A stretch of 64,000 nt of DNA from Nitrosopumilaceae archaeon. GTDB taxonomy: Archaea > Thermoproteota > Nitrososphaeria > Nitrososphaerales > Nitrosopumilaceae. The notes under the pieces are model-generated. The model was given only the letters and a program-made list of their open reading frames with translations, ran no database searches and was not told where the DNA came from. The position numbers and the translations under genes were made by a program. Location: contig OZ242376.1 of assembly GCA_965209085.1 (NCBI GenBank), positions 32,001-96,000 on the forward strand, in the 5' to 3' direction. Below are positions 39,600 through 49,158 of the stretch, in pieces. How positions within the stretch are numbered: position 1 is the first letter of the stretch; each line of letters opens with the position of its first letter.

Positions 39600-40331
39600 T
39601 TATCCAAGCAGGTTCAGGCAATCGTGTCTGACGTTCTCAAATCCCTCGATTTTACCCGATGTCGTATACAGACGGCTTTTGGATCTTTTGGCAAGCCATT
39701 CCAAAAGTATTTTGGCATGTCGCAGTTTTGCCGCCTTTGTATGCATGTCCTTACGAGCCGTGGACGAATGCGAGCCTATACGGTCTCCAAGATCCATTCC
39801 AAACAGTATGATTTTTTCAGCTCCGAGGGATTCTGCTAAAAATACGCACCTGTCACCGTCGGTAAATCCGCCATAATTACGAACGTGTCCCACGGGTTTG
39901 CCCTGTGTGCTGGCAGCAGCTTTTGCAAATTTTTTTGCCGCAGGCAGCGCATCCATGTTGTCCCCGTGTGCATGCACTAACATCAACGAGCCTGAATCTG
40001 CCGCCTTTTGCAGTGCATCTGCATTGCCGTCAAGGTCGGTCAGTACGATATCAGGTATGATGCCAGCTTTTAATGCGGCTTTTACTGCGCTGTCTGCCAC
40101 GATCTTTGTTGCACGCATTTTACACGCGGTTTGTATTGTCCTGTTCAAAGACGGACCCGCTCCTATGACAAATACGGTTTTGTCCATGATCAAACGGCGG
40201 AATTTGTTCTCTGGAACGGGTTTTTTGATTATTTCGTTTAGGATTTTTGCAGCTTTTGTATCGGCTGATTTCAAATATCCAAACTCCTTTAGCAGTTCTG
40301 AATATCGCGCATACCATCCCCTTATTGGCAT
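39600..40331 (-). CDS. mptE: 6-hydroxymethyl-7,8-dihydropterin pyrophosphokinase (archaeal)
   Basis: GAGPSL, TDLDG, HAHGDN, GGFTDGDR; divergent from folP. Confidence 0.9.
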   Translation of the reverse strand: MPIRGWYARYSELLKEFGYLKSADTKAAKILNEIIKKPVPENKFRRLIMDKTVFVIGAGPSLNRTIQTACKMRATKIVADSAVKAALKAGIIPDIVLTDLDGNADALQKAADSGSLMLVHAHGDNMDALPAAKKFAKAAASTQGKPVGHVRNYGGFTDGDRCVFLAESLGAEKIILFGMDLGDRIGSHSSTARKDMHTKAAKLRHAKILLEWLAKRSKSRLYTTSGKIEGFENVRHDCLNLLG

Positions 40332-40364
40332 AACCTAATTTGTAGGGAGATTGTCTTAAACCCT

Positions 40365-41204
40365 GTGAACAGACTAGGTTCAGCTGCAATCAAAAAAGGA
40401 CACACACTCATCATGGGAATAATCAATGCCTCACCGGAGTCATTTTATTCGGACTCGGTACGCACTAGCGGCGCTAGCATATCTGCCCTGGCCCGCAAAA
40501 TGCAAAACGACGGGGCAGACATTATAGATATCGGCGGCATGTCCACTGCGCCATATCTGAAGACGATGGTAAAACCTCAATTGGAATTACGCAGAATGAT
40601 CAAAGCGGTAAAAGCCGTACGTGCCGCATGCTCACTTCCTGTCTCCGCGGATACGTGCAGAGCCGACGTTGCCGAAGCTGCGTTGGATGCTGGTGCTAGC
40701 ATCATAAACGACGTAACCGGGCTGCGGTATGATTCGCATATGAGCGCACTCATAGGCAGGTACAGACCCTCACTGGTGCTGTGCGCATATGGCGGTTCTA
40801 CGCACAGGGGAAACGGTCTTGGAACGGATGTCTCCTCACTGCTCAAATACAGTGTAAAGATGGCACTCAAAGCCGGATCGCGTAGCAACCAAATTACGAT
40901 AGATCCTGCCATTGGTTTCTTTCGACGCTCCTCAAAATCGCCATTTTTTACAAAAACAAGCTCCGAGCAGATCAAGAGGGATATTTTGGTGCTTAAAGAA
41001 TTAAAAAATATAGGAAGTATGCCGGTATTGGTTTCAGTTTCGCGCAAATCATTTCTTGGCAGCTTTCTTGGATCCTCAAATCCAAAAAGCCGGCTTCCAA
41101 GTTCGCTTGCGTGTGAAATGTTTGCAATACGTTGCGGTGCTAGCATAATACGCACACACAATGTACGTGAGAGCCGCATTGTAGCTGACATGTCACACGG
41201 GTAA
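40365..41204 (+). CDS. folP: Dihydropteroate synthase
   Basis: MGIINASPESF, IDIGG.ST.P, INDVTG, SRKSF, RTHNV. Confidence 0.93.
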   Translation: MNRLGSAAIKKGHTLIMGIINASPESFYSDSVRTSGASISALARKMQNDGADIIDIGGMSTAPYLKTMVKPQLELRRMIKAVKAVRAACSLPVSADTCRADVAEAALDAGASIINDVTGLRYDSHMSALIGRYRPSLVLCAYGGSTHRGNGLGTDVSSLLKYSVKMALKAGSRSNQITIDPAIGFFRRSSKSPFFTKTSSEQIKRDILVLKELKNIGSMPVLVSVSRKSFLGSFLGSSNPKSRLPSSLACEMFAIRCGASIIRTHNVRESRIVADMSHG

Positions 41205-41276
41205 TTGCGTTCAAAACCATTGATTATAATCCAAATTTCTGACAATCTTTTTATCACATATGATCCGCAGGAGAAT

Positions 41277-41714
41277 ATGAAAAAAGTAGTTTACGGCGGA
41301 ATAGGAGTGGCAATTGCCCTGGTTATCATACTGATGTTAAGATCGGCGGCATTTGATGCCACGCCCGGTACGAATTTTGCATACCATACGCTCCTGTCAG
41401 GAGATGAGGATTATAAATCCGGAGTGTACACTGAAAATTTTGATTTATCCGCAGGAAAATATACGGTCAGGTTCATAGCAAGCGGAAGCAGTCCGGAACA
41501 GATCACGATAAATCTTGATGGCAAAACGCTTTTGTTTTCAGAAAATTACAAACTGCAAAGCATTTCTCATAAATCACCAATATCCGAGTATTATACATGG
41601 AATTATGACGGTGTTGAAATGTTTCACAATCCAGAGGGGCAGGCAGTAGAGATTACCATAAACCCGCACGGAAGCACGGATGGTACCGTATCTGTCATGC
41701 TTGAAAAAAGATAA
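41277..41714 (+). CDS. Membrane-anchored hypothetical protein
   Basis: MKK + TM helix + beta-rich domain; start refined to 41277. Confidence 0.7.
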   Translation: MKKVVYGGIGVAIALVIILMLRSAAFDATPGTNFAYHTLLSGDEDYKSGVYTENFDLSAGKYTVRFIASGSSPEQITINLDGKTLLFSENYKLQSISHKSPISEYYTWNYDGVEMFHNPEGQAVEITINPHGSTDGTVSVMLEKR

Positions 41715-41838
41715 TGTCGGCGTGATCCCTCTATTGTAGAACCTTTGGAGATTTCCTCCTCTGTCGGATTAATCCAACACGATTATTGTTCTACGGGATC
41801 ACGCTGGTCTAAGCAATGAGAATTATTACTTTTGACAT
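41703..41838 (-). ncRNA. Candidate structured small RNA with 9-codon 5' ORF (MSKVIILIA)
   Basis: TATA-like TTAAATA ~25-30 nt upstream of ATG 41838; nested stems GCGTGATCCC/GGGATCACGC, GTAGAAC/GTTCTAC and two hairpins; T6 tract at 3' end. Confidence 0.55.
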
Positions 41839-41967
41839 GTTATAGTATACGTTGAAGTTATATTTAAGATTTATCATGATATATTACATAAAAATACTGT
41901 TTTTTATGAAAATATTACATATCTGCTCTATGTGTAACAAGTCAAATAGGATCAGTATCAAATTCGT

Positions 41968-42171
41968 ATGATGGCAAAACTCAATGTAAGAACGATAATC
42001 CTCTTGGCGGTAATCTGGTTTGTGATAACGCTGCCTCTGCCCTGGCTCATAAACAATCCAGACGTGCAAGCGCAGCAACTCTATACAATACTTGGCATAG
42101 TCGGAATCATGTCCATACCGTTTGTCGCACTTGGAATAGCATGGACGTTAAAGCCAGAGCTGACCACATAA
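41968..42171 (+). CDS. Small two-TM membrane protein
   Basis: 67 aa, two hydrophobic helices. Confidence 0.75.
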   Translation: MMAKLNVRTIILLAVIWFVITLPLPWLINNPDVQAQQLYTILGIVGIMSIPFVALGIAWTLKPELTT

Positions 42172-42203
42172 GAAATTAAAGCATGTACGGTGCGGTTGTA
42201 ATT

Positions 42204-42752
42204 ATGAAAGCTACAGATACGTTGCGCGAGGATCACCGTCACATTATGCGGCTTGATGCCGTGATTCAAGATTGTTACAAGGCACTATATTCTGGCATAC
42301 ACATACCTGTTTTGGATATCAGGGAAATTACCGTTATCATATCTGAATTTTTTGACGCCATACACTATGCAAGAGAAGAGGATTCATACTTTGCATGCGT
42401 CGCCGGATACGGTGAATTAAAAGAAGAAATTCGTAAATTTATGATCGAGCACGAATTTGGGCGCAGAATAGCATCCAAAATTTCCAAACATTTGAACGAT
42501 TATGAAAAAGATTGGCAAAGTGCAAGCGAACCTGTGGCCAGATTTTTACGGACATATTCCATATATCTAAACGATCACATCTCAAAGGAAGAGAAATTTT
42601 TTGATCAGGCAGAATCGGACATACTATCCGCAGAAGAGGAACATGAAATGTATCAACAGTTCAACTCTTCGATGGCCACTGCAAAGAAAATCTCAAAGAT
42701 AATTAAACAGATAGAAACTCTTGAAAACATGCCGTGGGCGCATATATCGTAA
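42204..42752 (+). CDS. Hemerythrin-like (HHE) domain protein
   Basis: L..DH..I, H..REE...F, EH..GR, HI.KEE motifs. Confidence 0.88.
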   Translation: MKATDTLREDHRHIMRLDAVIQDCYKALYSGIHIPVLDIREITVIISEFFDAIHYAREEDSYFACVAGYGELKEEIRKFMIEHEFGRRIASKISKHLNDYEKDWQSASEPVARFLRTYSIYLNDHISKEEKFFDQAESDILSAEEEHEMYQQFNSSMATAKKISKIIKQIETLENMPWAHIS

Positions 42753-42784
42753 GGTCTTTATGACCATTTTTTGGGATTGGAATA

Positions 42785-43294
42785 ATGGCATTTGTTCTTT
42801 GGATGACCGGTCTGCCGTGTTCCGGAAAGACCACTCTGGTAAAAAGACTGCAAAAAGACATTCCAAATCTTGCGATGCTTGATGGCGATCAGCTCCGTGA
42901 ATGGCTCTCGCCAAAAGATTTCTCAAAAGAGGCGCGCAACGAACACAACAAAAAAGTGGCACATTTGGCAAAACTCTTGCAAAATCACGGGGTCTCATCT
43001 GCAGTTTCACTGATTAGCCCGTACGCTGAAAATAGAAAAAATGCAAGAGAGATCATAGGCGGCGATACGTTCTCAGAAGTGTACGTAAACTGCTCCCTTG
43101 AGCAGTGTGAAAAACGTGATGTAAAAGGCATGTATGCAAAAGCTAGGGCAGGAGTGATCAAGGGTTTTACGGGCATTGATGATCCCTATGAGGCTCCTGA
43201 AAACCCGGATCTAAAGGTAAATACCGAAAGTGACGGATTGGACGAATCAGCTGCTGTAATATTGGATTATTTAAAATCAAAAAATCAGATCTAA
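42785..43294 (+). CDS. cysC: Adenylyl-sulfate kinase
   Basis: GLPCSGKTT, LDGD, RDVKGMY.KAR.G.I.GFTGIDDPYE.P. Confidence 0.95.
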   Translation: MAFVLWMTGLPCSGKTTLVKRLQKDIPNLAMLDGDQLREWLSPKDFSKEARNEHNKKVAHLAKLLQNHGVSSAVSLISPYAENRKNAREIIGGDTFSEVYVNCSLEQCEKRDVKGMYAKARAGVIKGFTGIDDPYEAPENPDLKVNTESDGLDESAAVILDYLKSKNQI

Positions 43295-43355
43295 ATATAA
43301 AATTTCCATCCTGATCAAGTTCACTTTAAATCAAAGCGTGCAAAATATTCCCTAA

Positions 43356-44750
43356 TTGATAGAAATTTCACTCTTTAATCTGCTGGATCTCATAGGCGAA
43401 CGCCTTGGGCATGTGGAGGGATTTACACAGATTGAATATTTACACAAACTACTTGATGCCATATCCATAACGGAAGGATCCATTGCATCAGCGCCCGTAA
43501 TCCTACTTGCAGCCGGTATTGTGATCTTTATGGGAGTTATTGGCGAATCATTCTTTAAGAAAACTGGAATTCCGGATGTGGCATTTTTAATGATACTTGG
43601 CGTAATACTCGGACCTCTGCTTGGGATAATCAGGCCGGATGCTGTTACGCTTGTCGTTCCGTATTTTGCCGGCGTGGCACTCATTATAATCATGTTTGAT
43701 GGAGGATTAAATCTTGATCTAAAAAGCATGGTAAAGACTGCCCATTTTGCAATTATTCTAGCTGTGGTGGGGTTTATCGTTTCAATTGCAGCTGTAGCTA
43801 TTTTTGCCCACTTTTTGTTGGAATGGGAATGGCTCGACAGCATTCTGCTTGGAAGCATAGTAGGAGGCAGCAGTTCGATAATTGTTTTTGGACTGGTAAA
43901 AAATATAGGAATTACAGCTGATGGCCGCTCGATGCTCAGTTTTGAATCTGCCATTACGGACATACTTGCAACGATAATTGCTTTCATACTGTTTGAAGCA
44001 ATACTGACAGGCCAGTTCAACATAACTTCTCTAAGTCAAACCGTCGGCAGAGCCATGGCAGTAGGGCTGATTTTGGGACTGGGGTTTGGGATTCCATGGA
44101 TGTACATTAGCACAAAGCTTGGAAAAGCAAAACACAGCTATATGCTTACGCTTGGCGTACTGTTCGTACTGTTTTTTATGGCAAACACGTTTGGCGAATC
44201 AGGAGCCCTTACCGCCCTCGTGTTCGGCCTTATGCTGGGAAATAGAAACAGGGTTTCAAAGATGCTCAGATTCAAGATAAGGACGATTGAATTGGACGAT
44301 TCAATGCACAACCAGCTTACGTTTTTGGTCAGATCGTTCTTTTTCGTCTTTGTGGGGCTGTTGGCCAGCTTTGGCCGCATAGAATACGCAATATTTGGCA
44401 TTTTAGCCACGGTTGCCATATACTTACTGAGAATTGCCACTGTGCGAGGCGTGCTCAACAACAGGGTATTGCGCGATAAATTCTCGCTGTTGGATCGAAA
44501 TGTAACCTCTTCTATGATACCGCGCGGTTTGGCAGCTGCTGTTCTAGCCACCATACCCCTGACCATCGGGATTCCAAATGCGCAAGCTTATCCACAGATT
44601 ATATTTTTCATAATAATGACCTCAGTTATCATAACCACTGTCGGTCTTAGCTCTGCAAAAAAGACGCCCCAGCCGGAAAATATGGAAGGAGGGTTTGTAA
44701 AAAAAGAAGATATCGAATCCGAATTATCTAAAGATTCAAAGACTCTTTGA
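43356..44750 (+). CDS. Cation:proton antiporter (NhaP/CPA1)
   Basis: ~12 TM, FDGGL, FESAITD, PRGLAAAVLA. Confidence 0.9.
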   Translation: MIEISLFNLLDLIGERLGHVEGFTQIEYLHKLLDAISITEGSIASAPVILLAAGIVIFMGVIGESFFKKTGIPDVAFLMILGVILGPLLGIIRPDAVTLVVPYFAGVALIIIMFDGGLNLDLKSMVKTAHFAIILAVVGFIVSIAAVAIFAHFLLEWEWLDSILLGSIVGGSSSIIVFGLVKNIGITADGRSMLSFESAITDILATIIAFILFEAILTGQFNITSLSQTVGRAMAVGLILGLGFGIPWMYISTKLGKAKHSYMLTLGVLFVLFFMANTFGESGALTALVFGLMLGNRNRVSKMLRFKIRTIELDDSMHNQLTFLVRSFFFVFVGLLASFGRIEYAIFGILATVAIYLLRIATVRGVLNNRVLRDKFSLLDRNVTSSMIPRGLAAAVLATIPLTIGIPNAQAYPQIIFFIIMTSVIITTVGLSSAKKTPQPENMEGGFVKKEDIESELSKDSKTL

Positions 44751-45636
44751 GTCCTTTGTAGCGGTTGCGTATTGTAACTTCTGTAACGTTTGCAGCTTCG
44801 GCAATGTCTCTTTGTGTTTTATCCTCATTGTGGCTAACGCATGCCAGATAAAGAGCCGCTGCGGCAAGACCCATGGGATCTTTTCCTGCAGAGACTTCGC
44901 ATTCCTGTGCCATTCTAAGCACCTTTATTGCATAACGTTTTGTTTTTTCGGCAATTCCAATTCTGCTTGCTATTCTTGCCACACACTGTACAGAATCCGT
45001 TACCGGCATTCTAAGATCCAGTTCTTTTACCAGCAAACGGTAGCATCTTGCAATGTCCTTGCGTTTTATGTTTGCCACCTGTTCAACATCTTTAAGATTG
45101 CGCGGTGTTGCCGTGTCACGGCATGCCGCATACAGTGCCGATGCCATCAGGGCCGAGATTGATCTTCCGCGCACCAAACCTTTTTCAAGTGCTTTACGGT
45201 AAATGTACGCCGCTTTTTCTATGACGGCATCAGATATTGCAAGTTTGTCTTTTAATCTGTTTAATTCGCTAAAAGCCTGACGGAAATTTCTGTCCACCGG
45301 TTCATGTACCTGGCTTCTGCTGTCCCATGTTCTGAGTCTTTCAATGGTACTTTTCATGGATGAGGTGAGTGGTCTGCCTGATGCATCTTTGTTTTGTGGA
45401 TTGATTATTGTTGCAAGACCCATGTCATGCATTGTAAGTGACGTTGGAGCTCCGGCTCGCGCACGATCTCCATGTTCATCTTGTGTAAATGATCTCCATT
45501 CTGGTCCGGATTCCTGAATTTTTTCATTCAGAACAAAACCGCATTTGGAGCAAAACATCTCGCCGGATTCATTATCTGTTACAAGTTTGCCTTTTACACA
45601 TCTAGGGCAAGTTCCTTTTGCATTTTTTTGGCTCAT
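44728..45636 (-). CDS. tfb: Transcription initiation factor IIB
   Basis: Zn ribbon CPRC...CSKC, GPEWRSF, two cyclin repeats, TEVTIRNRY. Confidence 0.97.
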   Translation of the reverse strand: MSQKNAKGTCPRCVKGKLVTDNESGEMFCSKCGFVLNEKIQESGPEWRSFTQDEHGDRARAGAPTSLTMHDMGLATIINPQNKDASGRPLTSSMKSTIERLRTWDSRSQVHEPVDRNFRQAFSELNRLKDKLAISDAVIEKAAYIYRKALEKGLVRGRSISALMASALYAACRDTATPRNLKDVEQVANIKRKDIARCYRLLVKELDLRMPVTDSVQCVARIASRIGIAEKTKRYAIKVLRMAQECEVSAGKDPMGLAAAALYLACVSHNEDKTQRDIAEAANVTEVTIRNRYKGLKESLNL

Positions 45637-45725
45637 TATGAGATAACCTTGTATATGATCTATATAAAGTAGATTGTATAATTGGATTTAGTGGTAAATA
45701 TACAGATCAGTCCCTAATACTCAAT

Positions 45726-47255
45726 ATGCGGTTTGGAATTGCCATTGCAGCTGCTCTAGTATTATCTTTGGCTGCAGTACAAGAGGCAGACGGTCATGGT
45801 GTAGGATATGAGCTACTGCCGGTATTGTTTGAAGGCAAACAAGTTTCCCTCGAGGTATCCTCATCAGGGTATGAGGATGTGGACAATCCTAGCAGACAGA
45901 TACGATTTGCCCTGATGGATTCGGAGAGTTTCATAACCGTACGTGATGTAACATACGGAGTCTCAGCATACAAGGGAGATTTGCATCTTTTTGACGGTAA
46001 ATTTATGACCGAGGATGGAATACTTGTATTTTCATTTGAATATGAAGATACAGACATTGTTGTAAAAACCAAAGAAACTGGCGGTTTTTTCTCGGCGATT
46101 TTGGGAACTGGTGAAAAAACAACAAGTGTTCTAGGCAGACATTTTGAATCCGGCGGCCTATACAGGTTTGATGTAAAATTGCTTTCAGCAGATGCGTTAT
46201 CCGGCGGGTCTGAGCAGACCATAAAATACAATATTGAAATATCCATACCAGAAAGAACCGAATGGTACGCAGATGATCCCAATTTTGGAAAAAAACGCAT
46301 AGATGTGATTACATATTATGACGTAATTTCCGATTTTATATACAAGCCTGAATCCAAAACCATTTTGTTTTCAATGCCGTTTGATTGGAATGTAGATACA
46401 ATAAACGAAATTTCTGCAGTACATGAGGAATTTTCTTTTGACAAATCATTCGGGGATCTGCTGGTTGCCAGCTATACAGTAAGGATAAACGGCAAAATCA
46501 TGCCAGAAATGACCGCCACTATAGACAATTTTGCAGGAAAAGATAGAATTGTACACGTAATAATAAATCAAAACATGCTGTTGGAACTTGAAGAGTCTTT
46601 GCGAGGTCAGAATATAATGAATTTTGAAATCAGTCCAACAGATGAAACCGTTTTGAGCACGGTTACAAAGAACGGTCAGTTTAGAGCCGACTTGTGGTGG
46701 GAGCCGGAAAATCTTGAAACCAAAGAGGCCGTATTTTATTTCCAATTAAAGGACGTTTTTCTAAAGAACAAACCCGTAGCCATAGAATACAGGTTTTCTC
46801 TTGTACACGAAGACAGAGAAATCATTGTGCAGGAAGGAACAAGTTTGGATCAGGATGAGCCAGATTACGTGCGTGTAGAGATTTCAAATGAAATAACAGG
46901 TCCGGCTCTTGTACGGTTTGAAAATCTTGACGGCAGCTCACTAGCATATGCAGAATTTCCCATAATCATAAACAGAATGGAATCAGTGTCCGTTCCACAG
47001 TGGGTAAAACAAACGTCAGGCTGGTGGTCAGAGGGAACAATTAGTGATGAGGAATTTGTGGCAAGTATCGGATATCTTGTAAAAAATGGGATCATATCAG
47101 TTTCCGCCGACAAATCTGAAACCAAGAGCTCGTCTGTTCCAGGATGGGTAAAACAAACGTCAGGCTGGTGGTCAGAGGGAACAATTAGTGATGAGGAATT
47201 TGTGGCAAGTATCGGATATTTGATTTCTGTTGGAATAATAATCGTAGAGTACTGA
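45726..47255 (+). CDS. Secreted surface protein with two C-terminal thaumarchaeal P.W...GWW repeats
   Basis: Signal peptide, HGVG.E N-terminus; WVKQTSGWWSEGTISDEEFVASIGYL twice. Confidence 0.85.
   Translation: MRFGIAIAAALVLSLAAVQEADGHGVGYELLPVLFEGKQVSLEVSSSGYEDVDNPSRQIRFALMDSESFITVRDVTYGVSAYKGDLHLFDGKFMTEDGILVFSFEYEDTDIVVKTKETGGFFSAILGTGEKTTSVLGRHFESGGLYRFDVKLLSADALSGGSEQTIKYNIEISIPERTEWYADDPNFGKKRIDVITYYDVISDFIYKPESKTILFSMPFDWNVDTINEISAVHEEFSFDKSFGDLLVASYTVRINGKIMPEMTATIDNFAGKDRIVHVIINQNMLLELEESLRGQNIMNFEISPTDETVLSTVTKNGQFRADLWWEPENLETKEAVFYFQLKDVFLKNKPVAIEYRFSLVHEDREIIVQEGTSLDQDEPDYVRVEISNEITGPALVRFENLDGSSLAYAEFPIIINRMESVSVPQWVKQTSGWWSEGTISDEEFVASIGYLVKNGIISVSADKSETKSSSVPGWVKQTSGWWSEGTISDEEFVASIGYLISVGIIIVEY
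47001..47219 (+). repeat. Perfect 75-bp direct repeat (47001-47075, 47145-47219)
   Basis: tgggtaaaacaaacgtcaggctggtggtcagagggaacaattagtgatgaggaatttgtggcaagtatcggatat identical in both copies. Confidence 0.95.
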
Positions 47256-47287
47256 CAACAGTTATAATTTAAGATTGCAAACGTACA

Positions 47288-47848
47288 ATGATGGCAGAAA
47301 ACGTTGTATTTCCCGGAGATAGAATATCATCTGCGGAAGAATACGAGGCCGGTTCCAACACGTTTGATGATATGGGCATAATCAGGGCGGATACGATAGG
47401 AACCACAAATATGGATTTAACAACCCACATGGTCAGCATAAAATGTGCCAAAACCCATCAGGTCGCACAACCTGATGATATAGTGGTGGGGACAGTAGCT
47501 GCCGTACTCTCTTCAATAATTCCAGTTTCCATAGAATATATCAACGGTAAAAAAGTTACAAACAGTGTTGAATGCGTGTGTTCCACACGCAACCGCAGAG
47601 AAAGGATAATTGCATTAACGGGAGACTTGGTTAAATTAAAAATTATCAGCCATATCAACGGCACCATACATGCATCCATATCGGATCCCGAACTGGGGGT
47701 TTTGCATACAAAATGCAGAGCATGCGGCAACAGAGTTGTAACAATAAGCAACGGCGTAAAATGTGTAGAATGTGGATGGAAAGATGACCGCAAGTTATCT
47801 TCAGATTATGGCAACATGGACGCATTTACCACTTGTAACAAGGTATGA
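47288..47848 (+). CDS. csl4: Exosome complex RNA-binding protein Csl4
   Basis: VFPGD....EEY..G, S1 domain, LGV...C..C...C..CG...RKLS..YG. Confidence 0.9.
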   Translation: MMAENVVFPGDRISSAEEYEAGSNTFDDMGIIRADTIGTTNMDLTTHMVSIKCAKTHQVAQPDDIVVGTVAAVLSSIIPVSIEYINGKKVTNSVECVCSTRNRRERIIALTGDLVKLKIISHINGTIHASISDPELGVLHTKCRACGNRVVTISNGVKCVECGWKDDRKLSSDYGNMDAFTTCNKV

Positions 47849-48663
47849 CCTTACGAGTAGCATTTCAGGGAGAATGCGGAGCATACAGCGAATCAGCGGC
47901 AATTAATTTTTTTGGTAAAAATATACAGACCGTATCTTGCCCTACATTTTCAACCGCCCTAGATTTAATTGGAAAAGGAGAATGTGAATATGCCGTACTG
48001 CCGATTGAAAATTCCATAGAAGGCAGCGTAGGTGAGAGCTATGACCTGCTGTATAAGACGGATCTAAAAGTTGCAGGTGAAACGTATCAAAAGATAGAAC
48101 ATTGTCTGATAGGAGCCGCATCTGATGTGAACAAAGTACGGAACGTGTATTCACATCCACAGGCATTGGGACAATGCAGGAATTTTACCCAGTCGCACGG
48201 CATGAAGATCGTGCCCACATATGATACGGCAGGCAGCGTGGATATTGTAAAAAAACTAGACGATTCAAACGCCTGCATAGCAAGCAAGGATGCAGCACGC
48301 ATACACGGTCTTCCTGTTATCGCACGCAATATAACAGATAGCCCGGTCAACTATACGAGATTTTTAATCATGGGTAAAAACGAGGCAGAACGCGCGGATA
48401 TCTCCAAGACATCCATAATGTTTGCCATAAAACACGAGCCTGGCGCACTTTATGGCATAATCGGTATTTTGAGCAAAGCTGGAATAAATCTCACAAAGAT
48501 AGCGTCCCGGCCGCAAAAAGACAAGGTTTGGGAGTATAATTTTTATTTGGATTTTGAAGGCAATTTGCACAAAGAGGAAAATGCCGCAGCCTTGGAGGAA
48601 ATACGCACAATGTGTTCGTTTCTAAAAGTGTTGGGAACTTATCCCATGGAAAAATTTAATTAA
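47845..48663 (+). CDS. pheA: Prephenate dehydratase
   Basis: FQGE.GAYSE, PIENSIEGSV, SHPQALGQC, NYTRF, ACT domain. Confidence 0.95.
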   Translation: MTLRVAFQGECGAYSESAAINFFGKNIQTVSCPTFSTALDLIGKGECEYAVLPIENSIEGSVGESYDLLYKTDLKVAGETYQKIEHCLIGAASDVNKVRNVYSHPQALGQCRNFTQSHGMKIVPTYDTAGSVDIVKKLDDSNACIASKDAARIHGLPVIARNITDSPVNYTRFLIMGKNEAERADISKTSIMFAIKHEPGALYGIIGILSKAGINLTKIASRPQKDKVWEYNFYLDFEGNLHKEENAAALEEIRTMCSFLKVLGTYPMEKFN

Positions 48664-49115
48664 AACCCGCGCGGTTTACGCTTGCCAAAACCGGCACTAA
48701 ATCCAAGTATGACTATGCCTGTAATTATTACCATTGTATGGTATGCGGTGTGTATGAGATCCGATGATATTGAAGCGGTTCCTTGTACAGTCACATCTGA
48801 GGAACCGGTATTTAATATGAACAGCAGGCTTCGGCCTTCGGTAGAATGCGACCAGGTAAGAGCCGCTTCGTCCGTATATGATTCATTTCTAGAGATGCCA
48901 GGACCCTCGATTTGGACCGTAAAGGAATCTCCGGATACGTGTAGGTTTTGTACCGCATCAGGGGGGGCGTTAAATGAATATTGTATGCGATCGCCTATAG
49001 GATATGTGTCATCAACGGTAACTTGTTGCAGTCCAAATGATGTCGCCAATGAATATGCCCCTATTACAATAATTATCACTCCCACGATGGTTCCAATTAT
49101 TGGTATCTTTGCCAT
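48660..49115 (-). CDS. Membrane protein (N- and C-terminal TM)
   Basis: Two TM helices flanking beta domain, basic tail RKPRGF. Confidence 0.7.
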   Translation of the reverse strand: MAKIPIIGTIVGVIIIVIGAYSLATSFGLQQVTVDDTYPIGDRIQYSFNAPPDAVQNLHVSGDSFTVQIEGPGISRNESYTDEAALTWSHSTEGRSLLFILNTGSSDVTVQGTASISSDLIHTAYHTMVIITGIVILGFSAGFGKRKPRGF

Positions 49116-49158
49116 ACATAAAACACCAATATGATAAATAAAAGAATATCTGTACGGG

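Noticed and set aside
39589-39631. Possible C/D-box sRNA (GTGATGA...CTGA)
   Set aside because: Too short, no clear internal D'/C' boxes, and overlaps the 3' end of mptE on the opposite strand
41695-41838. Amber read-through peptide (three successive in-frame TAGs after MSKVIILIA, with a stem after the first)
   Set aside because: No pyrrolysine machinery in the window, TAG is a normal stop in many genes here, and the read-through product looks non-protein-like
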